Virus record (IMG/VR): IMGVR_UViG_3300020036_011017 | Span: 10,494-74,493 of that record | Reading direction: 5' to 3' (one strand) | Source: a virus | Taxonomy: Duplodnaviria > Caudoviricetes | DNA: 64,000 bases | Shown here: positions 1 through 8,515 of the stretch, one piece after another | Layout of the letters: each line of letters starts with the position of its first letter | Position numbering within the stretch: the stretch's first letter is position 1 | Notes under the pieces: model-generated | What the model was told of the DNA's origin: nothing | Seen by the model: the letters and a program-made list of their open reading frames with translations, nothing else | Databases searched by the model: none | Program-made: the position numbers and the translations under genes

Positions 1-512
1 CAAACTTTGGAGAAGAGATAATTCTTGGTGCTACTGCAGGAGACAGATCTTATGATAAAGATTACAGATTCGCTGAACTATCTTCTGCACTTCTAAGCCA
101 CATCTACGCATTAAGCCATTGGAGTGAAAAAGGAGAAGTTAGAGTAAATTTAAAATATAAATCTTGGACTAAAAAAGATCTTATCCAAGCTTTTATTAAT
201 CTGAATCTTGATAGAGGTATTTCAATACCACACTCTGTAAGTCTGCTCTTAAGTGAAAGTTTTAGCTGTTACCACCCAACAAAAGATGGTGGACAATGCA
301 ATAAGTGTAAGCCTGATTTAAGAAAGTATTTAGCTATCTTAGCAGCAACTGGTATTAATACAGATTATTATTATCCTGTAGGAAGTAAGCCTAGCGAATT
401 CTTTACAGAAGAAGTAATTGATAAATGGATCCAAGATCTTGAAAAAGATAACTCAAGAGGAAATGAGTCAAGAGAAACAATTGAAGTATTAAAAATCCTA
501 AAACAAAAATAA
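1..512 (+). CDS. queC: QueC-like 7-cyano-7-deazaguanine synthase, 5'-truncated by the window edge (frame starts at nt 3; not in the ORF track)
   Basis: My translation of frame 3 is open to TAA at 510-512: NFGEEIILGATAGDRSYDKDYRF...VRVNLKYKSWTKKDL...SFSCYHPTKDGGQCNKCKPDLRK. This matches the QueC C-terminal layout (IxxG..D..YPDC; PL....K; SCY...CxxCxxC..R). Confidence 0.7.
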   Translation, partial: NFGEEIILGATAGDRSYDKDYRFAELSSALLSHIYALSHWSEKGEVRVNLKYKSWTKKDLIQAFINLNLDRGISIPHSVSLLLSESFSCYHPTKDGGQCNKCKPDLRKYLAILAATGINTDYYYPVGSKPSEFFTEEVIDKWIQDLEKDNSRGNESRETIEVLKILKQK

Positions 513-1163
513 ATGAGAGTTTTTTTATGTGGCGCGCAGGGAGTAGGAAAATCTACTTTAGTAAATAGCATACCTCCAAGATTTTTTTTAGAGAAGAAAG
601 ACTCTTTCTCTAAAAAATTTCTAACCAAGAATTCAGCAGCACAAAGATCCACTAGCGATGAGTTTGAAGAATTCCAAGACAAGATTTTACTACACTGTCT
701 AGCAGAGTATGTAGGAGGATCTAATTTCATTTCGAGTAGATCTATTATTGATAGCTTTGCTTATTTAGAAGTTAATAAAGCTAAAAAAAAGAAGCTTTTA
801 GTAGAGATGATTGAGAATTATCAAAACTATTTATTACTTGAAGGAGACATCTATGTTTATCTTCCAATAGAGTTTAAGTTAACTAAAGATGGAAATTCTG
901 TTAGAGACATAGATTTAGAATATCAAGCTAAAATAGATGAATCTATTAGAAGAAATTTTTATAGACTAAAGGCTATTAAGAGTGATGCGATTTTTATCAA
1001 AGCTACTGGCGATGTAGAGAATAGAATGTCTTTAATTAAAAGAGCTATAATAGGCTCTATTAGAAAAGAAGAGAGAGAAAAAGAAATGCAGAATTACAGA
1101 GAGAATATTAGAAATCCAATAAAAGAAAAGCAATGTTTAGAATTAGCCACGAAACGCCTATAG
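513..1163 (+). CDS. P-loop nucleotide kinase (AAA_28 / dNMP-kinase-like)
   Basis: N-terminal Walker A GAQGVGKST and downstream RSIIDSFAY motif typical of NadR/AAA_28 kinases. Confidence 0.65.
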   Translation: MRVFLCGAQGVGKSTLVNSIPPRFFLEKKDSFSKKFLTKNSAAQRSTSDEFEEFQDKILLHCLAEYVGGSNFISSRSIIDSFAYLEVNKAKKKKLLVEMIENYQNYLLLEGDIYVYLPIEFKLTKDGNSVRDIDLEYQAKIDESIRRNFYRLKAIKSDAIFIKATGDVENRMSLIKRAIIGSIRKEEREKEMQNYRENIRNPIKEKQCLELATKRL

Positions 1164-2149
1164 CTTTATTAGAAGAGTCAAAAAAATTCAATGACTATGA
1201 CTATGCTTTAGTTCATTTATTCAGCAAAAACCCTGATTATTATAAGTTTTTTGAAAACTCATTAAAAGAAGGTAGAACAGTATTATTAGATAATAGCGCT
1301 TATGAACTGGGGAAACCTTATGATGAGGAAGATTATAGAGCATTTGTAGAACTTTTACAGCCAACTGAGTATATCTTACCCGATTGGAGAGATGAGTCAG
1401 CAAAGAACCTTGAAGCTATTAAAAACTGGAAATGCAACTGCAAGGGTGTAAAAATTGGAGTAGTTCACGGAGAGTCATACATTGACTTTTGTAAGAACTA
1501 TCGAGAAATTAGCCATTATGTAGATAAGATAGCAATTTCATTTGAATCTTTCTTTATTGATTACGCAAATAAGAATCTACTTGAGCTTGATGCAGTAAGA
1601 CCTGCTATTATTAAAGCAATGTTAGATTCTGGAGTAATTGATATTACTAAACCTCATCATATCTTAGGAGCTTTATCTCCGACAGAATATCAGCACTATA
1701 CTGGCTATGGATGGATACAGTCAGCTGATACCTCTAACCCTGTTCTACATGGTTTGCTAGGGCAGACTTATAAAGGCGAAAAAGGTCTTCTCATTAAGTC
1801 AAAGATAAAGCTTGAATCTATGATTAATACTCCAATCTCAGAGAGACAACTTGAAGATATTCTCTTTAATGTAAATTGGTTTAGAAACCAATTCTCAAAA
1901 ATCTCTAGCGAAGAATATGATTATGTAAAAGCAGATCATTATAGAGCTTTCCCTATTGAGACAATCGATTTAATGGAAAGAGTTTGGGGAGCAGCAGAAG
2001 CTAAGCAATGGTGTGAGATGACTGCTTTTAAATATCGAATGAGATTAGGTCATAAGCCTTCTAATGCGGTTGAGATCGATCTTAAAAAAGAAAAATGGTA
2101 CTTAGATAAGGCTAAAGAGATCTCTCAGAGAGTAGTAGAGGTAGCCTAA
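1133..2149 (+). CDS. TGT/DpdA-like TIM-barrel base-exchange protein fused to a C-terminal DUF3310-like domain
   Basis: Motifs LLDNSAYE, LPD, VVHG, HHILG and SADTS occur in the order and spacing seen in tRNA-guanine-transglycosylase-like proteins. The C-terminus KADHY..IETID..MTAFKYRMRLGHK..DLKKEKWY matches DUF3310. Adjacent to the QueC-like gene. Confidence 0.5.
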   Translation: MFRISHETPIALLEESKKFNDYDYALVHLFSKNPDYYKFFENSLKEGRTVLLDNSAYELGKPYDEEDYRAFVELLQPTEYILPDWRDESAKNLEAIKNWKCNCKGVKIGVVHGESYIDFCKNYREISHYVDKIAISFESFFIDYANKNLLELDAVRPAIIKAMLDSGVIDITKPHHILGALSPTEYQHYTGYGWIQSADTSNPVLHGLLGQTYKGEKGLLIKSKIKLESMINTPISERQLEDILFNVNWFRNQFSKISSEEYDYVKADHYRAFPIETIDLMERVWGAAEAKQWCEMTAFKYRMRLGHKPSNAVEIDLKKEKWYLDKAKEISQRVVEVA

Positions 2150-2178
2150 TTTAAAAACTAACACTGAATATTAAATTA

Positions 2179-2210
2179 ATAAAACGAAGCTTTAAAACGC
2201 TTCGTTTTAT
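2179..2210. terminator. Perfect 12-bp intergenic hairpin
   Basis: ATAAAACGAAGC-TTTAAAAC-GCTTCGTTTTAT between the modification cluster and dnaE. Confidence 0.6.
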
Positions 2211-2228
2211 CTTTAAATAAATAAGAAA

Positions 2229-3776
2229 ATGAGTAGAGTTACAGAATTAGAAGAGTATTGTAAAGAAATGTTATTAGATTTTAAAATAGAAGATGGCTTT
2301 CTAGAGATAGATAGCAAATTCTTTCAGATAATAGATGATAATGAAAAACTATTTACTGATGACTTATTATCTATGAATAAAGAGCTTAACGAAGAAGCTG
2401 ATGGTTTCGTCTATCAATTTGGAGGGCGCTTTTATACTCAATTAGTTAATAAAGAAATCTCTTTAGATGAGCTATGTTACGTTGGAAAAGCGAAACAGAA
2501 ACTTCTAACGAAATCTTTTCTTGGAATTCACTCAGGATATGAGTTAATGAATGGAGTAGGCCTATACAAAGAGTGGATTAAAAAGGCTAAATTCTTAGGA
2601 ATAGAAACTCTAGCAATTTGTGAAAAAGGAACCTTAAGTGGAGCTTTAGTATTTCAATCAGAATGCAGTAATAAAGGGATTAAATCAATAATTGGAATGA
2701 CTATTTCAGTTATAAATGAAAAGCTGTCTTCTTATGATGTTAAGCTCTATACTAAAAACTTTGAAGGCTGGCTTAATCTTTTAAAAATTAATTCTATTTT
2801 AAATGTTAAAAAAGAATTATCTATTTCTATAGATTTTTTAAGAGAAAATTGCTCTGGCTTATTTATTATAGCAGATCCAAAGTCTATGGAATTTAAAGAT
2901 TCTCCTGATTTTATCCATTATTTTCAGCTTGATACTGTCAATTTTTTAAATCAAGAAAAAGATCAATGGTATATAGATAATTTACAAAAATTTATTCTCT
3001 CAGATATCCAACCAATTTCTATTTGCGATGCTTATTATTTAGAGCTAAGAGATGTAGAGGCTAGAGAAGCTCTATGGAATATTTCTAAGGTCTATGATGA
3101 TAGAACAAATAATCAGTTTTTCAAAAATAGAGATAGATATGCTAAAGAATTAATTAGTATGTTTGAACCTAAAAATAACTCTTGGCTGACTCTATTCAAA
3201 AAAGCAACTAAGAATGAAGAATTTTTAGTTGAAAACTGTAATTTTAGCTATGATACAAATACTAGACATCTTCCTAAGTATATTATGACTAAAGAAGAAT
3301 CAGAAAAGTATAGCTCTAATATGGATCTCTTCATAGGGTTGATAAAAAAGGGATTAGTAGATAGAAAAATTAAGAATCCACAAAAATATCTAAGCAGGTT
3401 AAAAATAGAGATCGATGTATTGAAGATGGGAGATGTAATTGACTATTTTTTATCTCTACACGATATTTTAGCTTATGCTAAAAAAGAGAATATTCTAACA
3501 GGAATAGGTCGTGGCTCAGCAGGTGGAAGTTTAGTAGCATTTTTATTGAATATTATCCAAGTTAATCCTTTAGACTTTGATTTGCTTTTTGAAAGATTCT
3601 TAAACGTAGGACGTATGGGCGATTGGGTCGATGCACCAAGTTATAGAGTTGAATTAGAAGATGACTCTACAATTGAACTAATAGAGGGGTCATTAATAAG
3701 AGTTATAAGAGATAGAACAGAGATGCCTATTTTTATTGAAGATTTAAAAGAAGGAGATGAAATACTAAAATATTAA
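2229..3776 (+). CDS. dnaE: DNA polymerase III alpha (DnaE), N-terminal half (PHP domain and start of palm) with a 53-aa Hint-like tail
   Basis: PHP motif HSGYELMNG, GRGSAGGSLVAFLL and LLFERFLN; the ORF stops before PDID. Confidence 0.92.
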   Translation: MSRVTELEEYCKEMLLDFKIEDGFLEIDSKFFQIIDDNEKLFTDDLLSMNKELNEEADGFVYQFGGRFYTQLVNKEISLDELCYVGKAKQKLLTKSFLGIHSGYELMNGVGLYKEWIKKAKFLGIETLAICEKGTLSGALVFQSECSNKGIKSIIGMTISVINEKLSSYDVKLYTKNFEGWLNLLKINSILNVKKELSISIDFLRENCSGLFIIADPKSMEFKDSPDFIHYFQLDTVNFLNQEKDQWYIDNLQKFILSDIQPISICDAYYLELRDVEAREALWNISKVYDDRTNNQFFKNRDRYAKELISMFEPKNNSWLTLFKKATKNEEFLVENCNFSYDTNTRHLPKYIMTKEESEKYSSNMDLFIGLIKKGLVDRKIKNPQKYLSRLKIEIDVLKMGDVIDYFLSLHDILAYAKKENILTGIGRGSAGGSLVAFLLNIIQVNPLDFDLLFERFLNVGRMGDWVDAPSYRVELEDDSTIELIEGSLIRVIRDRTEMPIFIEDLKEGDEILKY

Positions 3777-3804
3777 CTAATTAAAATAGAAGTAAATTAC
3801 TAGT

Positions 3805-4467
3805 ATGGTAGGTATCTATAAAATTACAAGTCCATCAAATCGAACTTATATTGGACAGAGTATCAATATTAAGATAAGATGGGCTAAGCATAGAAGTTTG
3901 GTAGATTCACATAAAAGCAGTAGACTTTGTTCATCTTTTAAAAGCCACGGCGTAGAAAGTCACATCTTTGAAATCTTAGAAGAATGCGAAGTAAGCCAAC
4001 TGAATGAAAGAGAAAGATTTTACCAAGATTTCTACGATGTTTTAGGTCCAAATGGCTTAAATTGCAAACTTACAGAATCTAGTGATTTAAGTGGATATAG
4101 ATCTATTGAGTCAAGAAAAAGAATGTCTGAGGCGCAGTTAAATAGATCAGTTGAGAAGAAAAATAAAACTAAAAAGAAAGCTGCTGAAACTTATAATAAT
4201 AAGACTTTTGAAGAAAAGCAAAAAACTAGAGATAGAATTTCTGAAACTCAATTAAAGAGAACACAGGAAGAAAAAGATAGAATTGCAAATAAAGCAAATC
4301 TAACTAAAAAAAATAAATCTCTAGAACAAAAAGAAGAAACTAAAAAAAGAAAATCAGAATCAGCTTTACTCTATAATAAAACTAAATGTCCTATTAAGGA
4401 AGCTGAGAGAAGAAGAAAGATATCTGAAACTCAAAGATTAAAAAGAGAAAGTAAATTAAAAATATAG
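3805..4467 (+). CDS. Free-standing GIY-YIG homing endonuclease with basic NUMOD3-like C-terminal repeats
   Basis: MVGIYKITSPSNRTYIGQS (GIY..YIG) at the N-terminus; SIESRKRMSEA and related helical repeats. Confidence 0.9.
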   Translation: MVGIYKITSPSNRTYIGQSINIKIRWAKHRSLVDSHKSSRLCSSFKSHGVESHIFEILEECEVSQLNERERFYQDFYDVLGPNGLNCKLTESSDLSGYRSIESRKRMSEAQLNRSVEKKNKTKKKAAETYNNKTFEEKQKTRDRISETQLKRTQEEKDRIANKANLTKKNKSLEQKEETKKRKSESALLYNKTKCPIKEAERRRKISETQRLKRESKLKI

Positions 4468-4470
4468 AAT

Positions 4471-7044
4471 ATGAAAGTTAAATCTATTACTCAGTTAGTT
4501 GGTAAAAAATTAAGAGGCGGATCTCTGCCAGATATAGACAGCGATTTTCCATCTCAATCAAGATCTAAAATTAAAACTTATATTGAAGAAAGATTTGGAG
4601 AGACTCAAGTCTGTTCTGTTGGATCTTATACAACTCTAAAACCAAAAGGAGCAATTAAAGATTTAGCAAGAATTAGCTCTGTAGATTTTCAAGAAGCAAA
4701 TCTTATTACCGCTATTATAGATGGCGGAAATAACGGTTCTGGTGATAAAACAATGCTAGATATAGTTAAAAGATCTAGTTCTGAACCAAGATTAAAGCAG
4801 TTTATTAAAAATAATTCAGATATCTTCTATATACTACCCTCTATTCTTAATCAACCAAAAGTACGTAGCATTCACCCCTGTGCTATGATAGTATTTCCAA
4901 AAGTAATGAGTTCAGAAGAGTGGGCGCCAATGAGAATGCAGCAGAATCAGTTAGTTTCTGAATGGTCAGGCTATGAAATGGATGGAGCAGGCTTCTTAAA
5001 AAATGATATTTTAGGAATTAAGCAGTTAGATAAGTTTACAGGAATTTTAGATCTCATAAAGCTAAATGGGAAAAATATTCCTGATATCTATAATCTTCCT
5101 CAGGAAGATGAAGTTTACAGATATTTTACTAATGGTTGGAACAGCGATATTTTTCAACTATCATCTGCCGGTCTTACTGATTATTCTAAAAAACTAAAAC
5201 CTAATGCTATAAATGACTTAGTAGCAGCAGTAGCAGTCTTTAGACCAGGACCTATGAAGTCACACTATCACGAAATCTATGTAAAGTGTAAAAATGAAGG
5301 TAGATTACCAACCTTCTTATGGGGTACAGAAGAGATAACGAAAGAGACTTATGGTCTGTTAATTTATCAAGAGCAGATAATGCAGGTTTTTCAGCAGGTA
5401 GCTGGTTTGACTATGTTACAGGCTGACGATATTAGACGTGCTCTTGGAAAGCTGAAACTTGCTGAAATGGTGAAGTATAAAGACATAGCTGAAAAAGGCT
5501 TTTTAGTTAAAGGTTGTTCAAAAGAAGATTTTGATAGTGTTTGGAATGCAGTAGTTGAGTTTGCTAAATATGGTTTCAATAAGTGTATCTCAGGAGATGA
5601 GAAAATCTATACTATTGAGAGACACGGATGTAGAGGAAACAAAATGAAGCCTACTATTAAAGAAATGTTTCTAATTCAAGAAGAGACAATATGGGCGCAG
5701 AAGAATCTTCCTAATTATAAGAAGCTACATAATGGTTTATTAGATGGATCTTATGGAAAATCTTATTCTCTAGCACAATTTGGAGAAGCTAGGATTAATA
5801 AAATTAAAATGATTCGCTTTGAAGGAATTAGAGAGCTTTTTAAAATGACTCTTTCAGATGGAAGCACAGTTGAAACAACAGCAAACCACAAATTTCCAAC
5901 TTCTAATGGTAATAGAAGATTAGATCAGCTAACACCTGGACACGATAAGATCTATGTATTGAAGCATAAAGAAACTTTAGCTACAGAAGCTAGATATTAT
6001 GATAGAGTAGACATTAAATCTATTGAATATTCTAGGACTGATGAGGTTTTCGATGTAGAGATGCACAACCCTTTCCATACCTTCACTTTAGAGAATGGAA
6101 TTTGTACTTGTAACAGTCACTCTGTAGCTTATGCTCTTACAGGCTATGTTAGTCAGTATCTAAAAGTCTTTTATCCTATTGAATTCTGGACTATAGCTTT
6201 AAACTATGCAGATGAGAAAGATACCTTAGATTATTTATCTGAGATTATTCAAGCAAAGAAGATTTCTGTAAGAGCTCCTGATATTAATAAGTCAGAGGTA
6301 AGTATGGTTTCTGAGCAAGATACTTCTACAATCTTTTGGGGCTTAGGTTCTATAAAAGGCATTGGAGAAGATACAGCTTTACAAATTATTGAAGAGAGAA
6401 AAAAGAATGGTGCTTATACATCATTTGAAGATTTTGCTCTAAGACATACTTTTACAGGTTCAAAGGTAAAGAAGCAAATTTATGAAGGCTTAATAGCCTC
6501 AGGATGCTTTGATTTACTTTACGACTATATTGGCAAAGAGGAGCTAAGAAATAATCTTCTACAAATGTTTAGAAGTAATAAAAAAGTAAAGCTAACAGCA
6601 GCTCAACTTCAAAAAGATATCTATACAATTGGAAATGTCTCTGAAAGATGGTGGTGGCAGTTGCAGCAAAAAAATTTAACAGGTTTAGCTTTAATTAACT
6701 ACCAAGATATAGCAGAAGAAAATGGAATCTATACAAAGTTTTGTACAGGCTCAGAATTCAATGCTAGACAAGAGAGAGATCTTTTTCGTGCCTATGGTGG
6801 TTACATTGTAGAGTGCAGAGTTGGAAAGTCAGCTAAAGGAAAATATGCTAGAGTTACAATTGAAAATAACTATAAACAAATTAAACTACTCATCTGGTCA
6901 GAAGAATACAGTGAGTTTGAGCATCTACTATTAGGATGTGAAAAGAAGCTAATAATCTTTGAAGCAGCTTTAAGGTATGATGAGAAGTATAGCAAAGCAA
7001 ATCAATTCACATTAAAAGATACTTCTAATTTAATAGTTTTATAA
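4471..7044 (+). CDS. dnaE: DNA polymerase III alpha (DnaE), C-terminal half, containing a mini-intein
   Basis: Catalytic PDIDSDF and KNDILG, RPGP, GLLIYQEQIM, YGFNK..SHSVAY, APDINKS and a C-terminal OB fold. Confidence 0.95.
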   Translation: MKVKSITQLVGKKLRGGSLPDIDSDFPSQSRSKIKTYIEERFGETQVCSVGSYTTLKPKGAIKDLARISSVDFQEANLITAIIDGGNNGSGDKTMLDIVKRSSSEPRLKQFIKNNSDIFYILPSILNQPKVRSIHPCAMIVFPKVMSSEEWAPMRMQQNQLVSEWSGYEMDGAGFLKNDILGIKQLDKFTGILDLIKLNGKNIPDIYNLPQEDEVYRYFTNGWNSDIFQLSSAGLTDYSKKLKPNAINDLVAAVAVFRPGPMKSHYHEIYVKCKNEGRLPTFLWGTEEITKETYGLLIYQEQIMQVFQQVAGLTMLQADDIRRALGKLKLAEMVKYKDIAEKGFLVKGCSKEDFDSVWNAVVEFAKYGFNKCISGDEKIYTIERHGCRGNKMKPTIKEMFLIQEETIWAQKNLPNYKKLHNGLLDGSYGKSYSLAQFGEARINKIKMIRFEGIRELFKMTLSDGSTVETTANHKFPTSNGNRRLDQLTPGHDKIYVLKHKETLATEARYYDRVDIKSIEYSRTDEVFDVEMHNPFHTFTLENGICTCNSHSVAYALTGYVSQYLKVFYPIEFWTIALNYADEKDTLDYLSEIIQAKKISVRAPDINKSEVSMVSEQDTSTIFWGLGSIKGIGEDTALQIIEERKKNGAYTSFEDFALRHTFTGSKVKKQIYEGLIASGCFDLLYDYIGKEELRNNLLQMFRSNKKVKLTAAQLQKDIYTIGNVSERWWWQLQQKNLTGLALINYQDIAEENGIYTKFCTGSEFNARQERDLFRAYGGYIVECRVGKSAKGKYARVTIENNYKQIKLLIWSEEYSEFEHLLLGCEKKLIIFEAALRYDEKYSKANQFTLKDTSNLIVL
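5584..6114 (+). mobile_element. Mini-intein (177 aa) in the DnaE C half, inserted at FNK/SHS
   Basis: Starts CISGDEK, block B TANHKF, block F VFDVEM..HTF, ends GICTCN followed by extein Ser. Confidence 0.9.
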
Positions 7045-7421
7045 TGGATATAATTTTAGACTTTGATGGAACCTGCGTTACTCACGTAATGCCAGGGATA
7101 GGAGTAGATATTGGTGCAGCACCAGTGCTAAGAGAACTAGTACATAAAGGGAACAATTTGATTCTCTTTACAATGAGACCTACAGGAAAGCCTTTAGATC
7201 AGGCAGTAGAGTGGTTTAAGAGAAGAAATGTTACTCTCTATGGAATCCAAGCTCATCCAAGCCAAAGTATATGGACAAACAGTCCCAAGGCTCACGGTCA
7301 TCTAATAATAGATGATATAGCATTAGGTATTCCATTAATCTCAGATTCTAATATATCTGATAAACCATTCGTTGATTGGAACCAAGTTCGACAGATGCTA
7401 GTTGATAAAGGTCTTATTTAA
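7044..7421 (+). CDS. HAD-superfamily phosphatase-like protein
   Basis: N-terminal ILDFDGT (DxDGT) and C-terminal IIDD motif. Confidence 0.7.
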   Translation: MDIILDFDGTCVTHVMPGIGVDIGAAPVLRELVHKGNNLILFTMRPTGKPLDQAVEWFKRRNVTLYGIQAHPSQSIWTNSPKAHGHLIIDDIALGIPLISDSNISDKPFVDWNQVRQMLVDKGLI

Positions 7422-7422
7422 T

Positions 7423-7490
7423 CGTTTTATTAGAGATTCAATATTATAATAGATAAGAATGTCTATTACATAAAAGAATCTCTTTTAACG
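7423..7490. repeat. 68-bp imperfect palindromic element, copy A
   Basis: CGTTTTATTAGAGATTC...GAATCTCTTTTAACG, directly after a stop codon. Confidence 0.7.
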
Positions 7491-7512
7491 CTTTATTTTA
7501 GATTTTAAAATC

Positions 7513-7591
7513 TTTTTGCTAAATAGTTTTTTCTATCAATAGAATTCTATATCTTTACAGAGTAGAAATTTAAAAAATAGAAATTATGACA
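7513..7591 (+). promoter_or_regulatory. Conserved early-type promoter/leader cassette, copy 1
   Basis: Core TATCTTTACAGAGTAGAAATTTAAAA; these 79 nt are identical to 44181-44259. Confidence 0.8.
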
Positions 7592-7879
7592 GCATCAACT
7601 CACACATTCGCAGAAAGAAAAGCTTTTCTAAATGATTTAGAAAATAAAAGCAAAGAAGAGATTAGACAATTTTTAATGCCAAAGCCTACTTTAGAAATTG
7701 AAACTATAAAAGAGCTAGAAATAGGCCAAAAAGTTAAATGGACAGTAGGAGCAGTAGAATCTATAGGAGTAGCTTTAGAAGATAAAGGTGAGATGGTAAC
7801 AGTTATCACTCATTATATTGGAGGAGTTAGATCTAATAGAGAGATTGAAGTTTTAAAAAGTTTATTAATCAAAATTTAA
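7586..7879 (+). CDS. Hypothetical protein
   Basis: 97-aa ORF directly behind promoter cassette 1. Confidence 0.75.
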   Translation: MTASTHTFAERKAFLNDLENKSKEEIRQFLMPKPTLEIETIKELEIGQKVKWTVGAVESIGVALEDKGEMVTVITHYIGGVRSNREIEVLKSLLIKI

Positions 7880-7883
7880 TACT

Positions 7884-8444
7884 ATGAAGTATGAAATTAG
7901 AATAGGAGAATACCCTATTACATTAGAGCACGGTCTAATAGATGAGATTATCAACGTAGATGACTTGACTAGAATTGATACTAGCAATCTTTTCGGAGAA
8001 GCAGTAACAGTTTCAGCAGCCGCAAACAGAGTTGGTCTTATGAAGGCAGAAGTTGAAGGAACTTTAGCAGATCTTAGATTAGATCTAAAAGTCTTTGAGA
8101 ATAATTATCGCCATAAATTAAGAGCAGAAGCTTCTAATAATTCTGGTAACTATACAATTCTAGTAGATGGAGAAGAAGCTAAAGTAAAGCTAACAGAAAA
8201 GGCTTTAGAGTCTTGTTATGAATCTGACTTAGAGTGGATTGAGTTAAAAAGATCAATTAATAAAGCTGAAAAGAATTTTAATTCGCTTTCTGCTCTATAT
8301 TGGTCAATACAAGATAAGTGCAGAAAGCTAAATGGGCTTGTATCTTCTACTACTCCTGAGGAGTTTGTAGGTGGAATAGTTGAAGGAAGGATTAATGGAA
8401 TATTAGTTTCTAAATCAACTAAAAAAGCAGGCTCTATAAAATAA
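7884..8444 (+). CDS. Putative UvsY-like recombination mediator (coiled coil)
   Basis: Helical protein with KLTEKALESCYESDLEW..L..I pattern; lies before the SSB/SbcD/RecA genes. Confidence 0.4.
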   Translation: MKYEIRIGEYPITLEHGLIDEIINVDDLTRIDTSNLFGEAVTVSAAANRVGLMKAEVEGTLADLRLDLKVFENNYRHKLRAEASNNSGNYTILVDGEEAKVKLTEKALESCYESDLEWIELKRSINKAEKNFNSLSALYWSIQDKCRKLNGLVSSTTPEEFVGGIVEGRINGILVSKSTKKAGSIK

Positions 8445-8515
8445 AGTCTAAATCTAAGGCGTTTAGATTAAATTAAAAGTCCTTAAAAAATCAGTATAAA
8501 CAAAAAATTTTTATT

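Noticed and set aside
3777-4470. Group I intron encoding the GIY-YIG endonuclease inside dnaE
   Set aside because: Only 28 nt and 3 nt flank the endonuclease ORF, leaving no room for a ribozyme core, and both DnaE halves have their own stop/start and terminal extensions.
3615-4524. Functional trans-splicing split intein
   Set aside because: No Cys/Ser at the N-junction, no TxxH, and no His-Asn followed by Cys/Ser/Thr at the C-junction; kept only as a non-splicing remnant.
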